Shown: piece by piece, positions 9,457 through 17,590 of the stretch
How the letters are laid out: every line of letters begins with the position of its first letter
Position numbering within the stretch: the first letter of the stretch is position 1
Source: an uncultured Ruminococcus sp.
GTDB taxonomy: Bacteria > Bacillota > Clostridia > Oscillospirales > Acutalibacteraceae
Assembly (NCBI GenBank): GCA_902790475.1
Contig: CADASG010000004.1
Coordinates: forward strand, 4,373-68,372
DNA: 64,000 nt
Reading direction: 5' to 3'
The notes under the pieces: model-generated
Told to the model about the DNA's origin: nothing
What the model saw: the letters and a program-made list of their open reading frames with translations, nothing else
Databases searched by the model: none
Made by a program: the position numbers and the translations under genes

Positions 9457-9478
9457 ATTGTCCTTTTTATGGGACAAT
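9457..9478 (+). promoter_or_regulatory. Inverted repeat (candidate operator) upstream of cas3
   Basis: ATTGTCC-N8-GGACAAT immediately upstream of a TG-A-GATAAT extended -10-like element at 9484-9492. Confidence 0.4.
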
Positions 9479-9553
9479 TGTTTTGAGATAATAGATACAT
9501 GAAATACATGCAACAAATAAATGAATCTTAATAATTTAACAGGAGGTGGTTTC

Positions 9554-11911
9554 ATGACATACGCTGCACGCGTATGTCCGGACGGGAGGATACAAACCGT
9601 AAAAGGACATACAGACGGCGTTTGCCTTAAAGCAGAAAAAGACGCGCTTAGATTTGGTACCGCAGCAATGACAAAGCTGATTTGTTTGCTTCATGATATG
9701 GGAAAGAATACTGCGTACAGCAACCTCTATCAGAACACTGTAGGAGTAGGTGAACAGTGGAAAATAGATAAGCCGATTCATTCTCACGCCGGAGCCAGGT
9801 TGATTGACGAGCAGTATGGAAAAGCCGGTATGGATATATACTCAGTACTTTTCTCGGAATTATCCGAAACGGTCATCATGGCACATCACGGATTGTTTGA
9901 TTGTTTGTGTCCCGACGGACGGAATCAGCTTCTTCGAAAAATCCAAAATCAAGATTACGATTTCGATGAAGCAAGGCGGTTATTGCTTGACGAGATCGCC
10001 TCCTCCGAACAGCTCGACAGCCTGTTTTTAGCGGCGACCGCTGAAATGCAGACTAAGTTTCGCAAACTGCAGAAGATCACTGCAAAAAAGAGTGAGCTTT
10101 CGTTTTATATTTCTATGCTGTTTCGTATGCAGCTCTCTATACTTGTTAATGCCGACCATGCGGATGCGGCTGAATTTTCAACCGGAGAACAAGCTCCGTC
10201 TGACAACGGAAATACCGTACTGTGGGAAGCTTGCAGTACATTTTTGGAGAAGAAGCTGTCAAAATTTGATAATTTATCGGAAATACAAAACATCCGAAAG
10301 GAAATCTCCCGAAGGCTGCTTGAAAAATCGAATGTGAATAAGCGCATAGTTCGGCTGACGGTTCCGACCGGTGGCGGCAAAACGCTGAGTGGTTTGCGCT
10401 ATGCGGTGAATTATGCTAAATGTTATGATAAAAGCCGCATCATATACGTTGCTCCGTTCAATTCGATTCTGGAACAGAACGCAGCGGTTTTCAGGCAATT
10501 CTTACCTGATGATATGGAAATACTGGAGCATTACGGCGACATGACAAATGACGATTCCCGTTTCCGCTTTTACTCAGAAAATTGGAGTGCTCCGGTGATA
10601 ACAACTTCAATGGTGCAGTTTTTCAACACGTTGTTTCTAAGTAAAATTTCATCTGTCAGAAGAATGCGCAGTCTGTTAAACGCTGTTATAATCATCGACG
10701 AAGTTCAGTCCGTTCCGGTAGAGTGTGTGACATTGTTTAATCTTGCGGTAAATTTTCTTGCTGAGGTTTGCGGATGTACGGTGGTGCTGTGCTCCGCTAC
10801 GCAACCGACGCTTTCAGAGGAAGTCAAGCATCCGCTTTTGCTGTCGCCAAAGGACGAATTGATTGAAAACCAACTTGCATACGCAAAAGTCTTCAAAAGG
10901 ACAGAAATCACAGACTGCCTGACGCCTGACGGTTATACCTACGCTCAAACAGCCGATTTTGCAATAGAAAAAGCCGAATCAGCCAAGAGCGTGCTGCTGA
11001 TCGTCAACACCAAAGAGGCGGCAAAAACGGTTTATACACTGCTAAAGGAATGTTTGCCCGAGGATGTAACGGTTGTTCATTTATCCACACATATGTGTCC
11101 GTCGCATCGCAAGTCTGTTTTGGCGACGATGAAAAAACATTTGGACAACGGTGACAGAGTGGTTTGCGTCAGTACGCAGCTTATAGAAGCAGGTGTGGAT
11201 ATTTCATTTGAAACTGTTATTCGCTCTTTGGCAGGACTGGACAGTATCATTCAATCTGCCGGTCGATGTAACCGCAACTGTGAAGCAAAGTTGGGACATG
11301 TGTATGTAATCCGTATCGCAGACGAGAATATTTCTCGAATTAAAGCAATTAAAACCGGTGCGGCAATCACAGAGCGGCTGATGATGACGATACGCGCAAA
11401 TCCGTTGCTTTTTAACGGAGATCTCACAGGTAAAGAAGCCATTAACCGCTATTATCGCGATTATTATAACGCGTTCAAGAATGAATTGGATTTTCCTGTC
11501 ACTGTCGATAATATTGAAACGAGCATTTTTGAACTGCTTTCCACAAATCAAAAAGCATGTAATAATCAAAAAGCACGTAATACGGCAGATAAGCCCAATC
11601 GCTTTATGAACCAAGCCTTTCAAACCGCAGGCAAGGCTTTCAAGGTGATTGATGATTATGCACAGACTGTGCTTGTACCTTACGGTAAAGGAAAAGATTA
11701 CATCTGTAAGATATGTTCTGACCATTCTTTGCAGCCGTCTGCTGCTCTACTCCGTAAGCTGCAGCCTTTCACCATCGGTCTTTCCGACAAGCAGTGCGAG
11801 GGTAGGGTAACGCCGAATGAAGATACCGGTATTTTAATACTGAAAGAAGGTTTTTACAATGATGAATACGGTTTTGACCCTGATGGAAATCAGGATTTGC
11901 TGTTCTTTTAG
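9554..11911 (+). CDS. cas3: CRISPR-associated helicase/nuclease Cas3 (HD fused), type I-C
   Basis: HD motifs LHDMGK, HHG, ADH; Walker A PTGGGKT, IIDEVQ, SAT, STQLIEAGVD, QSAGRCNR. ATG 9554 follows AGGAGG. Confidence 0.96.
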   Translation: MTYAARVCPDGRIQTVKGHTDGVCLKAEKDALRFGTAAMTKLICLLHDMGKNTAYSNLYQNTVGVGEQWKIDKPIHSHAGARLIDEQYGKAGMDIYSVLFSELSETVIMAHHGLFDCLCPDGRNQLLRKIQNQDYDFDEARRLLLDEIASSEQLDSLFLAATAEMQTKFRKLQKITAKKSELSFYISMLFRMQLSILVNADHADAAEFSTGEQAPSDNGNTVLWEACSTFLEKKLSKFDNLSEIQNIRKEISRRLLEKSNVNKRIVRLTVPTGGGKTLSGLRYAVNYAKCYDKSRIIYVAPFNSILEQNAAVFRQFLPDDMEILEHYGDMTNDDSRFRFYSENWSAPVITTSMVQFFNTLFLSKISSVRRMRSLLNAVIIIDEVQSVPVECVTLFNLAVNFLAEVCGCTVVLCSATQPTLSEEVKHPLLLSPKDELIENQLAYAKVFKRTEITDCLTPDGYTYAQTADFAIEKAESAKSVLLIVNTKEAAKTVYTLLKECLPEDVTVVHLSTHMCPSHRKSVLATMKKHLDNGDRVVCVSTQLIEAGVDISFETVIRSLAGLDSIIQSAGRCNRNCEAKLGHVYVIRIADENISRIKAIKTGAAITERLMMTIRANPLLFNGDLTGKEAINRYYRDYYNAFKNELDFPVTVDNIETSIFELLSTNQKACNNQKARNTADKPNRFMNQAFQTAGKAFKVIDDYAQTVLVPYGKGKDYICKICSDHSLQPSAALLRKLQPFTIGLSDKQCEGRVTPNEDTGILILKEGFYNDEYGFDPDGNQDLLFF

Positions 11912-11925
11912 AAAGAGGTGAGGTA

Positions 11926-12663
11926 ATGAAATACAGCAATCAATTTGAATACAAGGTCTACGGCGATTACGCGTTGTTTTCCGACCCGGTCACCAGAGTA
12001 GGCGGTGAAAAAAGCACCTTGCCAATACCAACCTACGCAGCGTTGATCGGTGTTACAAAATCTGTTTATTGGAAGCCGACGCTGCTATACATTATAGATG
12101 AGGTGAAAATTTTAAATCCAATACGTACTGTGTCTAAAGGAATCCGTCCCATTAAATACAATGGCGGAAACGACCTGTCTATGTACACCTATCTGCACGA
12201 TGTGGCCTATGCGGTGCGAGGACGCTTTATCTGGAACGAAAACCATCCCGAGCTGGCGCAGGACAGAAACGAGGACAAACACTTTCAGATTTTAAAGCGC
12301 ATGATAGCGCGCGGCGGAAGACGCGACATTTTTCTCGGTACGCGAGAATGCCAGGCTTATGTGGAGCCGTGCCGCTTTGACGAAGAAAAGAGCTTTTACT
12401 CAGACGGTGAGCTTTCCTTCGGGCTGATGTATCACAGCCTTATTTACGCTGACGAGGCGATCTGCGACGAAGACAAGGGTAAGCTGACGGTATGCTTTCA
12501 TTCACCGGTAATGAAAAACGGAGTAATACGCCTGACGCCGCCCGAGGAATGTTCGGTAAAACGGCATATCAAGCCTGCAAAGATCAAAGTGTTCGACAGC
12601 GAACATCTTATGTCCGCCGATGTGCTATATGAGGAGGTGAAGCAGCTTGAGCTGGTTGAGTGA
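11926..12663 (+). CDS. cas5: Cas5c (Cas5d) crRNA-processing subunit
   Basis: VYGDYALFSDPVTRVGGEK...PTY, SVYWKP, IFLGTRECQAY. Confidence 0.95.
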   Translation: MKYSNQFEYKVYGDYALFSDPVTRVGGEKSTLPIPTYAALIGVTKSVYWKPTLLYIIDEVKILNPIRTVSKGIRPIKYNGGNDLSMYTYLHDVAYAVRGRFIWNENHPELAQDRNEDKHFQILKRMIARGGRRDIFLGTRECQAYVEPCRFDEEKSFYSDGELSFGLMYHSLIYADEAICDEDKGKLTVCFHSPVMKNGVIRLTPPEECSVKRHIKPAKIKVFDSEHLMSADVLYEEVKQLELVE

Positions 12664-14554
12664 GCTGAGTAAGCTATACGATTTGGAAGCGGATATCGTC
12701 GGAGAAGACATCGACGGCAAAACCCTTCTGCCGGTGTACCATTCCACTCAAAAGGCGCAAATTGACGTCTTTCTATTTGACGACGCTTCGTTTGCCTACG
12801 GCAAAGCCGTTGACGAAAGCGACAGTGTGACGATCATTCCCGTATCCATCAAAGCCAAAACAAGAGGTATTGCACCACATCCGTTGTGTGAAGGGCTAAA
12901 ATATGTAGCAGGAGATTATTCAAAACATGTAAAAAACACAAAGAAAGACTACTATGAGTATTTTCGTCAATATATTAAAAATTTGAAAAACTGGGTTGAA
13001 TCAGCGTTTACCGACAGACTTCTTGCAGTCATTTATTCGTATCTTAAAAAAGAAAACTTAATGGCGGATTTGATTGAAAGTGGTCTGTTAACCACTACCG
13101 ATAACGGAGAGCTGGAGAAAAGCAAAAAAATTGCCAAGATACCACAAGCAGACTGTTTTGTGAGATTCACAATTATAGACAAATGCACCGGAGAAACAGA
13201 ATCGGTCTGGCGATGCAAACGCTTATACGAGCAATACATTCAATATGCCGACAGTATCACAACAGAAAGGGATATTTGTTATGTAACCGGAAATCTTGTC
13301 CCGGTTACATATAATCACAGTAAGGGAATAAGTTCTTCATCTGATACAGCCAAGCTATTGTCAGCTAACGATAAGAATAATTTTACTTTTCGAGGAAGGT
13401 TTTGTACACAGCAGGAAGCCTATGCTGTAGGCAGAAAAACGTCTCAAAAAGCACATCTTGCACTTCGCTGGCTGATTGAACGTCAAGGGACAACGGTTGA
13501 CACCGCTATATTTGTGGTCTGGGAAAGCGAACAGCAGTCTGTCATCGACGCCGCGCATCCGTTTGACCTGTGGGAGCTGTTTGAAGACGACGAGCTAATG
13601 CCGAAAACCAACCGTGAATACGGCAGGGCAGTCGCAGAATACATCAAAGGCTATCGGCAAAAGCTTGACTTTTCCTCAAAAATCATGCTGATGTGCTTGA
13701 ATAAGTCATCGAAGGGCAGACTCTCAGTCGTGCAGTATCAGGAGTTTACTGCTACGGAATATTACGATCATCTCGAAAAATGGTACTGTGACGCCTCGTG
13801 GCATACATCATGGTCTCATGACGGTAAGCACTATCACGGAATCGCAACGCCATCTCCCTATCAGATTGCGCTGTTCGCAATCGGTGTGGAGCGTTCTGTC
13901 AAAAAAAAGATTGCGCTATCCGCAAACAGAGTGGAACATTCTGATACCAAAAAGATTATGGTGGACAAGAAACAAATGAATCAGATATTCAGGGAAATTC
14001 ATTCCTGTATATTGCACGGAACTACCGTGCCCATCCATATTCTCAAAATGCTATACAACCGCTGTGCCAACCCTTTAAGATACGATGCAGCGCACGGCAA
14101 CTGGGAAAAACTGCTGGACATCACATGTGCCCTGTACCGTAAACACTATATTGAAAAGAACGGAGTGACTTTTAACGTGGGACTTGACAGAACCTGTACC
14201 GACCGCAGTTATCTGTTTGGCAGACTGACAGCGGTAGCGGACAAAATGGAAACCGATACATTTGAAAAAGATATACGCCAGACAAACGCTAAACGCTATA
14301 TGAGCGCCATGCTGAACGCTCCGTTCAAAACATGGGCGTATCTGGAGGAACGTGTGCTTCCTTACACTGCGAAAATCATCAAACAAAATCCGCAGTATTA
14401 CGCAAGGTATGAAAAAGAGCTTGAGGAAATCCACTCACTTTTCCAAATGGAGGATTATTCCTCCAATGAGCGGCTTAACGCCAAATTTTTCATGGGCTTC
14501 TATTGCCAAAAACAAGATTTTTATAAAAAAGCTATAGCTGAAACGGAGGAATAA
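12647..14554 (+). CDS. cas8c: Cas8c (Csd1) large subunit
   Basis: MSWLSELSKLYD start, PHPLCEGLKY, SQKAHLALRWLI, DRSYLFGRL, FFMGFYCQ. Confidence 0.93.
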   Translation: MSWLSELSKLYDLEADIVGEDIDGKTLLPVYHSTQKAQIDVFLFDDASFAYGKAVDESDSVTIIPVSIKAKTRGIAPHPLCEGLKYVAGDYSKHVKNTKKDYYEYFRQYIKNLKNWVESAFTDRLLAVIYSYLKKENLMADLIESGLLTTTDNGELEKSKKIAKIPQADCFVRFTIIDKCTGETESVWRCKRLYEQYIQYADSITTERDICYVTGNLVPVTYNHSKGISSSSDTAKLLSANDKNNFTFRGRFCTQQEAYAVGRKTSQKAHLALRWLIERQGTTVDTAIFVVWESEQQSVIDAAHPFDLWELFEDDELMPKTNREYGRAVAEYIKGYRQKLDFSSKIMLMCLNKSSKGRLSVVQYQEFTATEYYDHLEKWYCDASWHTSWSHDGKHYHGIATPSPYQIALFAIGVERSVKKKIALSANRVEHSDTKKIMVDKKQMNQIFREIHSCILHGTTVPIHILKMLYNRCANPLRYDAAHGNWEKLLDITCALYRKHYIEKNGVTFNVGLDRTCTDRSYLFGRLTAVADKMETDTFEKDIRQTNAKRYMSAMLNAPFKTWAYLEERVLPYTAKIIKQNPQYYARYEKELEEIHSLFQMEDYSSNERLNAKFFMGFYCQKQDFYKKAIAETEE

Positions 14555-14556
14555 TA

Positions 14557-15438
14557 ATGGCTGTAATGGAAAATAAAATTGATTTTGTGGGATTTATTTC
14601 TGTCGAACGCGCAAACCCCAACGGCGACCCGCTCAACGGCAACCGTCCCCGGGATACTATCGAGGGCTTGGGAGAAATCTCAGACGTGTGTATCAAGCGG
14701 AAGATCCGCAACCGCTTGCAGGATATGGGGGAAAGCATTTTTGTTCAATCCGATGACAAAAGAACCGATAATTATTTTAGTTTAAAAGACCGACTTATTG
14801 CAGATCAGGAGCTAAAAAACCTTTCGCAAGGAAGCAAAAATGACGAGGAAAAATTCAAAGAAAAAGCTTGTCAAAAGTGGATAGACGTTCGAGCTTTTGG
14901 TCAATTGTTTGCTTTCAGCAAAAGTAAAAAAAAGAACAACGACAATCAAGACGACAATTCTGTTTCTATTGGTGTTCGCGGTCCGGTTTCCTTGCATCCG
15001 GCGTTCAGTATTGAACCGATTGAGATTGAAAGTATACAAATCACCAAGAGCGTCAACAGCGAAACTTCGGATTCCCGCTCCTCGGATACCATGGGCATGA
15101 AGCATCGTGTTAAATTCGGCGTTTACAAGCTCAAGGGCAGCATCAATTGTCAGCTTGCCGAAAAGACCGGTTTCTCCGATGAAGACGCGGAGAAGATCAA
15201 AAACGCACTGGCGACCCTTTTTGAAAACGACAGCTCCGCCGCGCGCCCCGACGGCAGCATGTGTGTGGAAAAGCTGTTCTGGTTCCGTCACAACTGCAAA
15301 TCCGGTCAGTATGCCACCGCCAAAGTTCACCGCAGCGTCAAGGCGGAAACGCTCTGCGACAACCCGAGATCTGCCGGGGATTACCGCTTCTTCTATGACG
15401 GCAGCCTCCCCGGCATCACACCCGAGGAAGTGGTGTGA
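14557..15438 (+). CDS. cas7: Cas7c (Csd2) backbone subunit
   Basis: ANPNGDPLNGNRPR, SDVCIKRKIRN, DVRAFGQLF, RGPVS, MGMKHRV, NDSSAARPDG. Confidence 0.95.
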   Translation: MAVMENKIDFVGFISVERANPNGDPLNGNRPRDTIEGLGEISDVCIKRKIRNRLQDMGESIFVQSDDKRTDNYFSLKDRLIADQELKNLSQGSKNDEEKFKEKACQKWIDVRAFGQLFAFSKSKKKNNDNQDDNSVSIGVRGPVSLHPAFSIEPIEIESIQITKSVNSETSDSRSSDTMGMKHRVKFGVYKLKGSINCQLAEKTGFSDEDAEKIKNALATLFENDSSAARPDGSMCVEKLFWFRHNCKSGQYATAKVHRSVKAETLCDNPRSAGDYRFFYDGSLPGITPEEVV

Positions 15439-15686
15439 TGACAGACGACGATCTGCTGAGCATTTCGGGAATACAGCATTTTGTCTTTTGCATAAGGCAG
15501 TGGGCGCTGATCCATATTGAACAGCAGTGGTCTGAAAACGTGCTGACCGTCAGCGGTGAGCTCATGCACCAAAACGCCCATGACGGCACAAGCACCGAAA
15601 ACCGGTATAAAACCAAGGTGGAACACTTCGGCGTAAATCGTTCCCTCGATATGGAAGACGCGCTGATTTTTCAGTGCGAAAGCTAA
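15435..15686 (+). pseudogene. Chimeric cas4'-'cas2 deletion scar (cas1 absent)
   Basis: Residues ~1-55 are the Cas4 N-terminus (LSISGIQHFVFCIRQWALIHIEQQW.EN...G...H). The remainder, NRYKTKVEHFGVNRSLDMEDALIF, matches the type I-C Cas2 C-terminus pattern (NxYKTKVEHIGxKxSxDxExPLIF). Confidence 0.85.
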
Positions 15687-15843
15687 GTGCACAGCTAAAC
15701 GCAAACCTTTCGCACCAAAATTATAATAATATTTTTGCAAATATGAGCAAACAATCATTATAAAGCAATTCATCTAATGATTACTTTCAATATATTGTTG
15801 AACAGTTGATGTCATTCTGATTTGATATTTGTGCATATTTGCT
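15674..15843 (+). promoter_or_regulatory. CRISPR leader
   Basis: GTGCGAAAG...CTTTCGCAC inverted repeat (15674-15715), typical just after cas2 in I-C loci, then an AT-rich stretch up to repeat 1. Confidence 0.75.
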
Positions 15844-16482
15844 GTCGCCCTCCACGCGGAGGGCGTGGATTGAAATAATCTCAACCGTGATTTCCAGTTG
15901 ATTATCTGACGTCGCCCTCCACGCGGAGGGCGTGGATTGAAATCGCTCCTTAATTTAAGGTCATGTATTCAACCTGTAGGTCGCCCTCCACGCGGAGGGC
16001 GTGGATTGAAATAACAGTACCCATCCCCGTGAGTACGACGGAAGTCGTCGCCCTCCATGCGGAGGGCGTGGATTGAAATACTGCTCCGCCTCCAATTCCT
16101 CAATCTCTACCTCTGTCACCCTCCACGCGGAGGGCGTGGATTGAAATCGTCGCGGGTTTGCCGCAGAATGCTCAGCGCTTGTGTCGCCCTCCACGCGGAG
16201 AGCGTGGATTGAAATTTTGAATAACGCCAACAATACGTTATATTTGGTCGTCGCCCTCCACGCGGAGGGCGTGGATTGAAATTTCATACAATCTGTAGCT
16301 CAATTTCTTCACCTCGCGTCGCCCTCCACGCGGAGGGCGTGGATTGAAATAAGTTCATTGTTAGAGCAAGCAAGGCGGATGAGGTCGCCCTCCACGCGGA
16401 GGGCGTGGATTGAAATAACAGTACCCATCCCCGTGAGTACGACGGAAGTCGTCGCCCTCCATGCGGAGGGCGTGGATTAAAT
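15844..16482 (+). CRISPR. Type I-C CRISPR array, 10 repeats and 9 spacers (33-36 bp)
   Basis: 33-bp repeat GTCGCCCTCCACGCGGAGGGCGTGGATTGAAAT starting at 15844, 15911, 15980, 16047, 16115, 16183, 16250, 16318, 16384 and 16451 (last one degenerate, 32 bp). Confidence 0.98.
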
Positions 16483-16543
16483 TTATTCATCCTTCTTTTT
16501 TTGAATAATTTTGTATCGGATATAACATTAAATTATTTCCTTT

Positions 16544-16581
16544 TTTCCGTGCAGGGCAGTGGTTTTGCACGGAAACTTTTT
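16544..16581 (+). terminator. Terminator after the CRISPR array
   Basis: TTTCCGTGCA/TGCACGGAAA stem followed by CTTTTT. Confidence 0.6.
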
Positions 16582-16807
16582 GGGGTTTGCAAACACAATA
16601 TGGTATCAATTGCTTTTTGGTGTTTTATAATAATGAACCCATACCTCAGGAATAATGTGTTATAGCGGTGTAATTTCATGAAATGCCGTGAAACGTAAAA
16701 TGCTCAAAAAGTCACTGTTTATGCGGCTTTTTGGAGTGTTGTTTTTGTTTTGTGTTTTTATTTTTGAGTCTTTGTTTTTTGTATTATGATTAATGACCAT
16801 TTTGCCT

Positions 16808-17590
16808 TTAAAAGTCGTTATATAAAAAGTCAGCCCAGTAATACTGGCTCATGTATTCGCATTCATAGGCGTTGACTGCTCCTGCGTCCAGTTCGCAGAA
16901 TCGGTAGTAATCGCAGTCGAGCACTTCGGGGTTGACCGCGAGGGCGTTGTAGCTGCGCACCACGGCGTCCTCGGCGCCGATCTTTTTCAGACTTTTGATC
17001 ATCGAGTAGATGTAGGTTTGCAAAAGGTTCTGCAGCTTTTTTTCATACGGCTCATCCTCAAATATCGCGGCAAAAATCTCGCGCGTGGTGCAGGAGCTTC
17101 CGCGGCGGTGGACAAGGTAAGCGAATACCTCCTTAGCCTTGCTGCGTTCAAAGCGAACATGATCGCCGTCGGGTGTGAATACGTCGAAGTTGCCGAAGCA
17201 CTGAACACGCAGCTTCGCGTTTTTTTTCGGAACGATCGGAAAGCGCAGGTCGGCAAGCTCTTTTTCTATCTTTTCTTTGGTCACGGGCTTCATTATATAT
17301 CCGGAAGCGTGCATACTCATTGCTTCGCCCGCGTATTCGGAAAAGCCCGTGACAAAGATGATATTCATCTTCGGGTTGACAGTTTTCAGTTCCTTGGCAA
17401 GCTCCACTCCGTTCATACCGCGCATGTGGATATCGAGAAAGGCAATGTCGCAGCCGTTTTTTCGTGCATCCTCAAGTAAATCAGCCTGTTTTTTGTGCGC
17501 AGTGATATCAGCGTCGGGGCGCGCTTCTTTTATCGCCATCTCAAGCATTTTAAGCATCAAGGGTTCGTCGTCCACGCATAGCATCCTCAT
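16808..17590 (-). CDS. Response regulator (REC plus SARP-like winged-helix output)
   Basis: LCVDDE, AFLDIHM, FVTG, KP receiver motifs; VQCFGNFDV...KAKEVFAYLV output domain. Start is coupled to the kinase stop (ATGA). Confidence 0.88.
   Translation of the reverse strand: MRMLCVDDEPLMLKMLEMAIKEARPDADITAHKKQADLLEDARKNGCDIAFLDIHMRGMNGVELAKELKTVNPKMNIIFVTGFSEYAGEAMSMHASGYIMKPVTKEKIEKELADLRFPIVPKKNAKLRVQCFGNFDVFTPDGDHVRFERSKAKEVFAYLVHRRGSSCTTREIFAAIFEDEPYEKKLQNLLQTYIYSMIKSLKKIGAEDAVVRSYNALAVNPEVLDCDYYRFCELDAGAVNAYECEYMSQYYWADFLYNDF

Larger units (their letters stand above)
8954..16750. mobile_element. Decayed genomic island integrated at tRNA-Pro, carrying type I-C CRISPR-Cas
   Basis: Begins at the tRNA 3' end; integrase C-terminal remnant points toward the tRNA; 28/31-bp direct repeat at 8979-9009 and 16718-16748. 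Confidence 0.6.

Noticed and set aside
15844-16482. Self-targeting of genes in this window, or a CRISPR-associated transposon
   Set aside because: No spacer match was seen in the window, there are no tnsABC/tniQ genes, and Cas3 is intact.
15961-16490. ORFs 15961-16287 (+) and 16284-16490 (-) with repeated FQSTPSAWR
   Set aside because: Translations of the CRISPR repeats, not genes.
16600-16800. Search for a duplicated tRNA-Pro 3' end (classic attR)
   Set aside because: No convincing copy of TTCGAATCTTGTCACCTCGACCA was found; the island boundary rests on the downstream hairpin repeat only.
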